From an uncultured Desulfobacteraceae bacterium (GTDB lineage: Bacteria; Desulfobacterota; DSM-4660; Desulfatiglandales; Desulfatiglandaceae): a stretch of 64,000 nt of DNA. The notes below the pieces were generated by a model that saw only the letters and a list, made by a program, of their open reading frames with translations, was not told the DNA's origin and did not search any database. The translations under genes were made by a program, and so were the position numbers. Within the stretch, counting starts at the first letter, position 1. Each line of letters begins with the position of its first letter. The DNA is taken from positions 4,425 to 68,424 of the forward strand of contig CAZJRD010000011.1 in assembly GCA_964548365.1 (NCBI GenBank), given 5' to 3'. This document shows positions 9,577 through 17,141 of the stretch, piece after piece.

Positions 9577-10554
9577 CTAGTGGTGGCGTTCTATGATAAA
9601 ATGGTTGAGTTCCAGGAGGTTCTCTCGAGCGGGCGAATTAGAAAATCCATCCAGACAAAGGGCGGCTTCGTCGACGTACTTCCGCGCTTCCGACCGCACC
9701 ATCTCCACCACCCCGTTCCTGCGGACCAGATCGATCAGGTCCTGGTATTCTTCATCTGAGGGCTCTCGCTGATCAAACAGATCCTGTATCAGCTTCTTCT
9801 CCGCATCTGCCATCTCCTGCATGGCGTATATGAGGGGAAGGGTAATCTTGCCCTCCCTGATGTCCTTGCCGACCGGTTTTCCAATGACCGCCTGATCAGA
9901 GGTATAGTCCAGGAGATCATCTATCATCTGAAAGGCCATCCCCATGAGATGACCAAACTTCTGAAGAGCTTGCACATCTCTCTTATCCGCGGACGAGAGG
10001 ATGCCGCCGCCGGCGCAGGCAGCGGAAATGAGCACGGCAGTTTTTGCTTTGATGATATCCAGGTACACTTCCCTGCTCATGTTCCAATCGTTCGTGTGGA
10101 GAAGTTCCAGGATCTGCCCTTCCGCCATTTGGGTGGTCGTATCAGTAATCAGCTTCAAGAAGGAAACATTATCGGCCTCAACGGCCACGCAAAACGATTT
10201 GGAATACAGGAAGTCTCCCTCCAGGACCGCTGCGTGATTACCCCAGAGACGATTGGCGCTGGGTTTCCTCCGACGGGTATTGGCGTTGTCCAGGACGTCA
10301 TCATGGAGGAGAGAGGCGGTATGGATATACTCGAAGATCGTGGCAAGCCGATACAGCCTTTCATCATGAAATCCGCAGAGCTCACAGGAAAGGATAAAGA
10401 AAAGGGGTCGAAGCCGCTTGCCTCCTCCCAGGAGCGTATGCCCGCCAATCTCTTCAACGAGTGATATTCGAGAGTTCAGGGCCTTTTCCACTTCCCTGTC
10501 GATCTTCTCAAAATAAGGCTGGTATTTTGCCAAAATTCTCTTATCTGGTTCCAT
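9577..10554 (-). CDS. Polyprenyl diphosphate synthase (hepta/octaprenyl, IspB-like)
   Basis: Two Asp-rich motifs (LLHDDVLDN and FQMIDDLLDY). The ATG at 10554 gives the typical length. An alternative TTG at 10608 has a better SD (aaggaaaatcta). Confidence 0.85.
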   Translation of the reverse strand: MEPDKRILAKYQPYFEKIDREVEKALNSRISLVEEIGGHTLLGGGKRLRPLFFILSCELCGFHDERLYRLATIFEYIHTASLLHDDVLDNANTRRRKPSANRLWGNHAAVLEGDFLYSKSFCVAVEADNVSFLKLITDTTTQMAEGQILELLHTNDWNMSREVYLDIIKAKTAVLISAACAGGGILSSADKRDVQALQKFGHLMGMAFQMIDDLLDYTSDQAVIGKPVGKDIREGKITLPLIYAMQEMADAEKKLIQDLFDQREPSDEEYQDLIDLVRRNGVVEMVRSEARKYVDEAALCLDGFSNSPARENLLELNHFIIERHH

Positions 10555-10689
10555 AAAAAAAACAGGTAACAGTTTGCAGGGATCAGGGGGCTGCGGGCTT
10601 TCTCTCAATAGATTTTCCTTGCTCCTGAACTATCCTGCCAATTTGTAATATTTATAAACTTTCAGTTTATGAAGAAAGGGCAAGGCTTG

Positions 10690-12054
10690 TCAAAAGAATT
10701 CTTCGCCGGGATCTTCCACGATTTCCCCGACCAAATCATACGTATGCGCCTCGGTGATACGAACAGGCATAATCTCCCCGGTAACACCCTTACCCTTATT
10801 GATCAACACCCGTCCATCCACATCCGGCGCCATGGCGGCTGTTCTCCCGGAAAGGAGAAGCGGCGTCTCTTCACACTGCCCCTCCATGAGCACCGGGACG
10901 GCCTTTCCCACAAAATCCCGATTCAACTCCAGGGAAACAGCCGCCTGATGTTCCAGAAGGATCGACCTTCTCTCTTCAACTACATCAGGGTCCACTCTTG
11001 GTTCGAAACGGTATGCACCTGTCCCCTTTTCGGGGCTGAAGGCGAACACCCCCAGGTGATGAAAGCACGCTTCCTCTATAAACGAGCATAACTCCTGAAA
11101 CATCGCCTCTGTTTCACCCGGAAACCCGACCATCAGCGTTGTCCTGAGATATATCTTTCGATTCAAAGCCCGGATTCTCTGCACCAGCTCATGGGGGGAT
11201 TCTTCATGAATCGGCCTCTTCATTGCCTCCAGAATTTCGGGATTCACATGTTGGAAAGGCAAGTCCAGGTAAGGACAGATCTTTTTCTCGGATTCCAGTA
11301 ATGCCAGCAGATGATCAGAAATCCTGTCAGGATGACAGTAAAGCAGCCTGACCCACTGCAAGCCCTCTATTGCCACCAGGTTCTGCAACAGGTCCTCCAG
11401 CGAGCATTCCTCTCCGCAATCGTTTCCGTAAAAGGTCGTGTCTTGGGCCACCAGGTTTATCTCCCTGACCCCTGCAGCAATCATTTCTTCCGCCTCACAA
11501 AGGAGGGAATCAAGGGTACGGCTGCGATATGGCCCTCTCAACCGGGGGATCATGCAGTAAGAGCAGTGATGAGAACATCCTTCAGCTATTTTCAGATAAG
11601 ACAGGTAGAACGGCGTGGTCCGTATTCTCGGAACCGTGTGATCAGCAAGGTAGTTGGGCCTGGTCACGAAGCACTGCCCGGGGTCTGCGCCGGTGCCGCT
11701 TGCCACTCCCTGGACAATTCTCTCTACCTCAGCGGTCCCCAGCCACGTGTCCACCTCGGGAAGTTCTTTTCGCAGCTTATACCCGTATCGCTGCACCATA
11801 CATCCGGTCACGACTACCCTCTTGAGCTCCCCTTTTCTCTTCAATTCCACCATCTCGAGGATGGTATCAATAGCCTCTTCCACCGCGGATTGGAGGAAGC
11901 CGCAGGTGTTGACCACCGCCACATCAGCGGCAGCGGGACTCGTGGCAAACTCGAACCCTGCCTGCCCCAGGAGCCCGAGCATATTTTCGCTGTCCACGAG
12001 GTTTTTCGCACAACCAAGGCTTATCAGGAATATCTTTTCTTGTTTCGGATTCAT
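10690..12054 (-). CDS. rimO: Ribosomal protein S12 methylthiotransferase RimO (radical SAM plus TRAM)
   Basis: ISLGCAKNLVDSE N-terminal motif, radical SAM CSHHCSYC, C-terminal TRAM-like end. The ATG at 12054 is chosen because the ORF-track extension to 12150 runs through repeat DNA. Confidence 0.88.
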   Translation of the reverse strand: MNPKQEKIFLISLGCAKNLVDSENMLGLLGQAGFEFATSPAAADVAVVNTCGFLQSAVEEAIDTILEMVELKRKGELKRVVVTGCMVQRYGYKLRKELPEVDTWLGTAEVERIVQGVASGTGADPGQCFVTRPNYLADHTVPRIRTTPFYLSYLKIAEGCSHHCSYCMIPRLRGPYRSRTLDSLLCEAEEMIAAGVREINLVAQDTTFYGNDCGEECSLEDLLQNLVAIEGLQWVRLLYCHPDRISDHLLALLESEKKICPYLDLPFQHVNPEILEAMKRPIHEESPHELVQRIRALNRKIYLRTTLMVGFPGETEAMFQELCSFIEEACFHHLGVFAFSPEKGTGAYRFEPRVDPDVVEERRSILLEHQAAVSLELNRDFVGKAVPVLMEGQCEETPLLLSGRTAAMAPDVDGRVLINKGKGVTGEIMPVRITEAHTYDLVGEIVEDPGEEFF

Positions 12055-12071
12055 ATCATTCCTAAGTGGGT

Positions 12072-12107
12072 TAGCCCGTTGAGCCCGTTGGCCCGTTGAT
12101 CCGGTTA
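12072..12107. repeat. Tandem GCCCGTT(G) octamer/nonamer repeats in the rimO leader
   Basis: gcccgtt at 12074, 12083 and 12091, plus a degenerate tccggtt at 12100. Complementary to part of the box at 12142-12157. Confidence 0.6.
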
Positions 12108-12139
12108 TCTTCCAAAACTCCTCCGGCTCTTCCCTACTT

Positions 12140-12161
12140 CTCACGGGCAAACGGGTTAACC
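12140..12161. repeat. Intergenic box CTCACGGGCAAACGSGTYAACC, copy 1
   Basis: 20 of 22 nt identical to 14726-14747. Both copies lie 90-150 nt upstream of minus-strand start codons. Confidence 0.55.
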
Positions 12162-12202
12162 GGCTAAACCTAATAAACCTGCGACATAGACCTTGTGATC
12201 CA

Positions 12203-12466
12203 GTGAATCTCCCCCCGCACAGTAGCAGGCATCATGAAGCTCCCGAGAGGCGCCGGGGGAGAAAGCCCTTTTTCAAGTGACCGGTGAGAGGGCGCCGTTC
12301 TTTTCGTGACGTATCTTTGGGGGAAACCGCAGCCAGCCCGAAGGGTGGAATGCGGAGGGGGCAATGCTCCCCCGGAGATACGTCACAGAAAAGACCAGCC
12401 CGGAGCCTCGGAATGGAAAAAAGGTTTTCTCCCCGGATCCTCTATCAGAAGTGGGGGATCATCAAA
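12203..12466 (+). ncRNA. Unclassified structured repeat element, copy 1 (candidate ncRNA or REP/MITE-like element)
   Basis: Collinear with 25719-26017. Invariant blocks alternate with helices that differ in sequence but stay complementary. The G-U wobbles fit the plus strand only. Confidence 0.45.
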
Positions 12467-12511
12467 AGTAAGGCTATCAAATCGCATGAGCAATCGTGCT
12501 TTGAGAAGGAA

Positions 12512-13912
12512 TCAAAACTCTTTCTGGTTACTCCTGGCGAGACGAGTAAGCAATGTGACGGCGAACTGCTTTAAGAATTGCAATTGGATGGACTCGGAGG
12601 AACGGTCGAGCAACGTCGCACTGATGCGCATCATGATGCAATCCGATGCGGCAACCACAGTGGCGGCACGGGTCTGTCCGCTCAGGTAGGACATCTCCCC
12701 AAAACACTCTCCCCGGGTAATAACGGCGATAATATGGCCCCCTTTCTTGACCGCCGCCTTCCCGCTCAGAATGATGAAGAAAGAATCATCAATTTCTCCC
12801 TCACTCACCACGACCCTTCCTTTCCTCACCTTCACCAGGTTGCTGGCCATCAGGATCTCCTTTACCTGGTCCCTGGTGAAGTTTTCAAAAAAAGGTACAT
12901 GATGCACATAATCTACCACATCTTCCACCTTGGATTTCTTGACAACCCCCCTCAGTCCCCGGAGCGCAACTCGGAGGTCATAGGCAAAATCCATGCACGT
13001 CTGATAGCGGGCAGCGGGGTCTTTGGAAAGGGCCTTGTGGATAATCCGGTCAAATATCTCCGGAATGCCTTTCCGAATATGTGAAATAGAGATTGGCTCT
13101 TCGTGGGTGATCTTGTAGAGAATCGAAAAATAGTTGTCTCCGGAAAACGCCCGTTGTCCGGTCAGCAGCTCATACATGACACATCCGAGGGAAAAAATAT
13201 CACTCTTGTCCTCTATTGGTTCCTCTTTCACCTGCTCGGGCGACATGTAACAAGGTGATCCCACGAGCCCCCTCTCAAAAGGCACCTCTGTTTCAATATA
13301 GGCTATCCCGAAATCCGCGATCTTGATCGCACCGGTGCGGCTAACCATGATATTGGATGGTTTGACGTCACGGTGTACTACCCCATGCCGGTGTGCATAA
13401 TCAAGGGCCTTGCACGCGGCAAACATAATTTCCGCCACTTTACTGGTCGGCAGAAGATTCTCTTTACGGCAGAACTTCACCAAGGTAGGACCATCCACAT
13501 ATTCCATCGCAATATAGCAAAACTCCCGATACATACCGGCATCGTAGATTGCGATGATGTTCGGATGCATGAGCCGCCCGGCGGACTGCGCCTCGGTGAA
13601 AAACCGTTCCCGGTATTTCTCGACCTTGTATCCACCCAACTCTCCGGAAGGGCTGGAAATCTTAATGGCCACATCCCTCCGTATGAACGGATCCCTCCCG
13701 AGAAAAACCATGCCCATACTGCCCTGGCCCAGTCTATCCAGGATCTCGTAGCGTCCCACTCTCCGGATGTCGGACAACTCAGCGACAAAGGCATCATCCA
13801 CCCTCCGGGCATCTTTGTTTACCCCGAAGAATCTTGCCTTGAGCCAGCTGGTAAGACCGTGTTTCGGCTCTTCCGGGATTTCCTCTTTCCTTGCTTGTTC
13901 CATATTCCTCAC
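12512..13912 (-). CDS. Ser/Thr protein kinase with C-terminal cyclic-nucleotide-binding domain
   Basis: GQGSMGMV glycine loop, AIK lysine, HRDVKPSN catalytic loop, DFG. C-terminal cNMP fold (FFIILSGKA..GECFGEMSYL..RAATV). Start is GTG 13912 or ATG 13903. Confidence 0.88.
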   Translation of the reverse strand: MRNMEQARKEEIPEEPKHGLTSWLKARFFGVNKDARRVDDAFVAELSDIRRVGRYEILDRLGQGSMGMVFLGRDPFIRRDVAIKISSPSGELGGYKVEKYRERFFTEAQSAGRLMHPNIIAIYDAGMYREFCYIAMEYVDGPTLVKFCRKENLLPTSKVAEIMFAACKALDYAHRHGVVHRDVKPSNIMVSRTGAIKIADFGIAYIETEVPFERGLVGSPCYMSPEQVKEEPIEDKSDIFSLGCVMYELLTGQRAFSGDNYFSILYKITHEEPISISHIRKGIPEIFDRIIHKALSKDPAARYQTCMDFAYDLRVALRGLRGVVKKSKVEDVVDYVHHVPFFENFTRDQVKEILMASNLVKVRKGRVVVSEGEIDDSFFIILSGKAAVKKGGHIIAVITRGECFGEMSYLSGQTRAATVVAASDCIMMRISATLLDRSSESIQLQFLKQFAVTLLTRLARSNQKEF

Positions 13913-13962
13913 GTTACGCAGTTGCCGTCATCTCCCACCGCAAAGGAAACAAATCCAGATTT

Positions 13963-14583
13963 TCAGAGGATCCGACCTTGCTCAAACAATCTCTCTACAT
14001 TCAGCCTGTTTACAGCATCCGTAAATAGCTCTCCAAGGGCCTCATCAGCTCCCTTCTTGCCGACTACCTTGTATCGTTCCGTCTGAGCACTGATGCTCTG
14101 TGTAGCAAGAAGCTTGCCATTATCCAGGAGTCTGGCCTCATACCTCATACTTGCGAGCCATTTGCGGTCGAGAAAATTCAGTGAGAACTCCTGGAGCACA
14201 ATGGTCACCTGTGGTGCGGAAGTTCCCGGAGCAGTCAGAACCCGGAAACCCATATTTTCAAGCCGCCGCTTGAAACCATCCTTTACCATATCCATCAATT
14301 GATAAGGTCCAAGCCTGAAACCCGACTGCTGGTACTTTGCGATGCTGTAGATAATATTTCCGGGGAAGTTTCTGAGTTCTCTCCGGGCGCCTTCCCCCAG
14401 GATATTCCTTGAGGGTCGGGCATCTTCCAGGACGAAATAAACTTCGCGGCCTGAAAACTGGCTTGAATTCTGGGGAAGCCGGTAGAGCACTTTCAAATTG
14501 GTTATGGACGCGCAGGAAACCAGCAAAGCCGTCAACAAAAAAGCACCGGCCAGGGCTCCAATCATTCGATTTTTCTTTTTCAT
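13963..14583 (-). CDS. Lipoprotein of unknown function
   Basis: Signal peptide with lipobox LLVSC. SD aaaggag. No recognisable catalytic motif. Confidence 0.7.
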   Translation of the reverse strand: MKKKNRMIGALAGAFLLTALLVSCASITNLKVLYRLPQNSSQFSGREVYFVLEDARPSRNILGEGARRELRNFPGNIIYSIAKYQQSGFRLGPYQLMDMVKDGFKRRLENMGFRVLTAPGTSAPQVTIVLQEFSLNFLDRKWLASMRYEARLLDNGKLLATQSISAQTERYKVVGKKGADEALGELFTDAVNRLNVERLFEQGRIL

Positions 14584-14725
14584 GGCTCTTTTCTCCTTTC
14601 AATGAAGCCGCAGTCCCTCGCAAGGCGTCGGCTTCTTTCTTTGGTTTTCGGTCTCACGTTCCAGTGATCAGCAAAGACTTGTCCGACACCTGGAATCAAA
14701 TCCTTCACCTGCCTCTCATTTGCTC

Positions 14726-14747
14726 CTCACGGGCAAACGCGTCAACC
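14726..14747. repeat. Intergenic box CTCACGGGCAAACGSGTYAACC, copy 2
   Basis: Matches 12140-12161. Lies about 145 nt upstream of the lipoprotein ATG. Confidence 0.55.
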
Positions 14748-14941
14748 AACTAACTTCATCAACCCATCATAAGGTATCTTCTCATGCGCGTATGTCAAGA
14801 AAAAGAAAAAACCCTTTCATGGGAAACAACCAAGGAAGATCATCACGCAAGTCACTGATAACACGATCAAGAAGGTAAATAAAGGGGACCTCATGACCCG
14901 CCGGTAATGAAAAATCAAGCAGCTCAAAAAAGGCTTTTCCG

Positions 14942-14970
14942 TTGACACACGACACTGTTTTCAATATTTT
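14942..14970 (+). promoter_or_regulatory. Sigma70-type promoter candidate for the IscU-like / cNMP-PAS / mla plus-strand genes
   Basis: TTGACA (14942-14947), 17-nt spacer, TATTTT (14965-14970). Confidence 0.35.
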
Positions 14971-15118
14971 CCTCAAATGAAGGGAGTATTTCATTGAAAC
15001 CTCCGGGTCAATTCAACTCCAGCCGGGCAGATCACTTTCCGCAAAATCATGGAAGACCTGGCGGAAAACCTCTGGCCCGGGTTCTCTCGGTAATGCCTCC
15101 ACCTGGAGCAGGAACGTC

Positions 15119-15577
15119 ATGCTGCATCAAATCTTATGGATCCTCCTGGGGTGCGGGCTCCTTTCCATCATCGTGGTTCTGTGGTTCCTGGCGTACTACC
15201 TCTTCACTCCCCATGTGGAGAATCCTGACGCAAAGGCAAAAATAACAGGAACCTGCGGGGATACCATGGAGATACGCCTGAAGTTCAAAGGAGACCGGGT
15301 TGTTGAAACTTCTTACTGGACCGACGGATGCGCCCACAGCATGAATTCCATCTGCGCCGCTGCTGAGCTGACGAAGGGCAAGAACCCCGATGAAATCATG
15401 CAAATCGATGCCGCCATGATCCGGGAATCAGTGGGAGGCCTCCCCAGTGACCACCTTCATTGTGCGCAACTGGCCGAAGAGACCCTGCAGGCCGCCTTGC
15501 ACAATTACATGATGGATTCGAAACAGGAAGCGAACAGGAGTCCGAACGGCAAGGCCTATCCCTCGCCTCCTCAGTGA
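15119..15577 (+). CDS. Membrane-anchored NifU/IscU-like Fe-S scaffold domain protein
   Basis: N-terminal hydrophobic helix (ILWILLGCGLLSIIVVLWFLAYYL), then three IscU-type Cys contexts (GTCGD, DGCAHS, LHCAQLAEE). Confidence 0.75.
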   Translation: MLHQILWILLGCGLLSIIVVLWFLAYYLFTPHVENPDAKAKITGTCGDTMEIRLKFKGDRVVETSYWTDGCAHSMNSICAAAELTKGKNPDEIMQIDAAMIRESVGGLPSDHLHCAQLAEETLQAALHNYMMDSKQEANRSPNGKAYPSPPQ

Positions 15578-15586
15578 GATCTTCCT

Positions 15587-16906
15587 ATGGAAAAAACCGC
15601 CCTGGAATACATGCTGAAAAGCCCGAAAGTGCAGAGCTACCTGACCCCTATTAGACCCGGTCAGGTTCTGTTCAACGAGGGCGACTTCACCCAGGATCTC
15701 TGCGTCCTTGTATCGGGAAGGCTGGAGGTCTTCCGAGGGGATCAGAAAATGCAGGAGATCACCGAGCCGGGGGCCGTGCTCGGAAAAATCTCCTTTGTAC
15801 TCGGGAGCAGGAGAACCGCCACCGTACGGGCCATAGATGAGACGCAGGTCCTCTTGGTCCCCCAGAAGGAAGTGGGAGATTTTCTGAAGGAGTTTCCTGA
15901 AATTGCATGGGATATTCCAAGGCGCCTGGCACAGGAAGTTGATGTGGCAAGTCATGTCCTTTCCGGGATGAAAGAACTGTGCGACCACCTCCCTGATGCC
16001 TTCCTGATGAGCGACAGGGAGGGAAAAATTCTTTCCTGGAACAGGGCAGCAGAAGAGCTTTTCGGATGCGACTGGGAAGGCATGTATCAAAAACCCGCCG
16101 AAATCCTCTTCGAAGACAGAGAAGAGTTTCGTAATATCCTGGATGAGATTCTCTCAAAGGCCCCGGTCAAGGAAAGGATTCTCAGGATCAACCACCCCCG
16201 GAAAGGGATCCGTTACATCTCCACCAGTACGAACGTGCTTTCAGGCGGACACAAACAGTTTCAGGGAGTTGTTTTCCTGTGCCGGGATGTTACCGCTACC
16301 ATCACTATAGAAAAAAAGCTGCGTCGTCTCTGGCTCTGGCTCCTCCCGGCCGGATTTCTCACCATGCTTTTGGCAGCCGCTTTCCTCTGGTCCTCCCTTT
16401 TTCCCTGGAACAGGCAGGAACGGCGTGATACGGATAAGATGGAATTGCAGAGTCTTATTTCAAGGGACAGATTCCTGCTTGGCTCCTCCCTGGGGTCGGC
16501 TATGCGAGCCGGCGACCAGAGAAAGGCAATCCTGGCCTTAAATACCTTTTTTCAAAACCGCCGTGGCAAAAACGGGCTCTATGAAGGCATCGTCGTACTT
16601 GATGAGGGGAAAAAGGTCTTTGCCTCCAGGGAGGCAAACGGATCAGGAGCGGTGAGTAAAGCAGGGACGAGTTACGCGGCCATCCAATTTGAAAATATTA
16701 GCGGATCAACCCATTGCGTGCTCACCCTTTTTCGCCCTGATCCGGCCCATCCCATGGGCCGAAAAAGGGTTGATCTCGCTTTTCCCTTGAAAAGTGACGG
16801 AAAGCGAACGGGATGGCTCCTCTTCCAGATGAACATGGAAATTCTCAAAGGAAAATACGGGATTGATGAAAAGGCACTTAACCGACTGCGATTCAAGGAC
16901 CTCTAG
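15587..16906 (+). CDS. cNMP-binding plus PAS domain membrane protein without a recognisable output domain
   Basis: N-terminal cNMP fold (FNEGD..LCVLVSGRLEV..RTATVRA), a PAS segment (LPDAFLMSDREGKILSWNRAAEELFG), one TM helix (LWLWLLPAGFLTMLLAAAFLW), and an extracytoplasmic C-terminal region. Confidence 0.75.
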   Translation: MEKTALEYMLKSPKVQSYLTPIRPGQVLFNEGDFTQDLCVLVSGRLEVFRGDQKMQEITEPGAVLGKISFVLGSRRTATVRAIDETQVLLVPQKEVGDFLKEFPEIAWDIPRRLAQEVDVASHVLSGMKELCDHLPDAFLMSDREGKILSWNRAAEELFGCDWEGMYQKPAEILFEDREEFRNILDEILSKAPVKERILRINHPRKGIRYISTSTNVLSGGHKQFQGVVFLCRDVTATITIEKKLRRLWLWLLPAGFLTMLLAAAFLWSSLFPWNRQERRDTDKMELQSLISRDRFLLGSSLGSAMRAGDQRKAILALNTFFQNRRGKNGLYEGIVVLDEGKKVFASREANGSGAVSKAGTSYAAIQFENISGSTHCVLTLFRPDPAHPMGRKRVDLAFPLKSDGKRTGWLLFQMNMEILKGKYGIDEKALNRLRFKDL

Positions 16907-17124
16907 CCCGGGTTTCTCACCGATCTTCGTCGCGAGACGGTGGAGAGTCCCATGAATAGCAAGTTGAGCTTGCGAAATCCCGCTATCGGGAGCGCGTGCA
17001 GGAAAATGGCCGCAGGCATACTTGGAGTACGTCGAGGTCATTTTTCAAGCGCAACGCAGTAGGCATGGGGCTATCCGCCATCGTAGTCCCGCGCTTCGCG
17101 GGATTGGTGAGAAATCCGGGCTAA
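16904..17124. repeat. 220-bp long imperfect hairpin with 23-nt terminal inverted repeats (REPIN/MITE-like)
   Basis: tagcccgggtttctcaccgatc (16904-16925) matches the reverse complement of gattggtgagaaatccgggcta (17103-17124) with 2 mismatches. Pairing continues inward (acggtggagagtcccatg / catggggctatccgccat). Confidence 0.6.
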
Positions 17125-17141
17125 CAATTTCAAGAGACCAC

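Noticed and set aside
10690-12150. N-terminally extended ORF-track models: rimO to 12150, DUF1638 to 45821, ferredoxin to 46071, mlaE from 17022, receiver to 21729, AmaB-like to 23242.
   Set aside because: The extensions read through repeats, promoters or the 3' ends of upstream genes, and they lack SD sites. Internal starts with SD sequences match family-typical N-termini.
12140-12179. Resemblance of CACGGGCAAACGGG...GGCTAAACC to c-di-GMP-I (GEMM-I) riboswitch core strings.
   Set aside because: The two-hairpin architecture with tetraloop and receptor is absent, and the match is on the strand opposite to the downstream genes. Judged coincidental.
12203-12466. Assignment of the structured repeat to the cobalamin riboswitch or twister ribozyme families, prompted by GGTGAGAGGG, GCGGAGGGGG and AGCCCGG strings.
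   Set aside because: The order and context of the strings do not fit either consensus as I remember them, no B12 box is present, and the element is much larger than twister. Left unclassified rather than forced.
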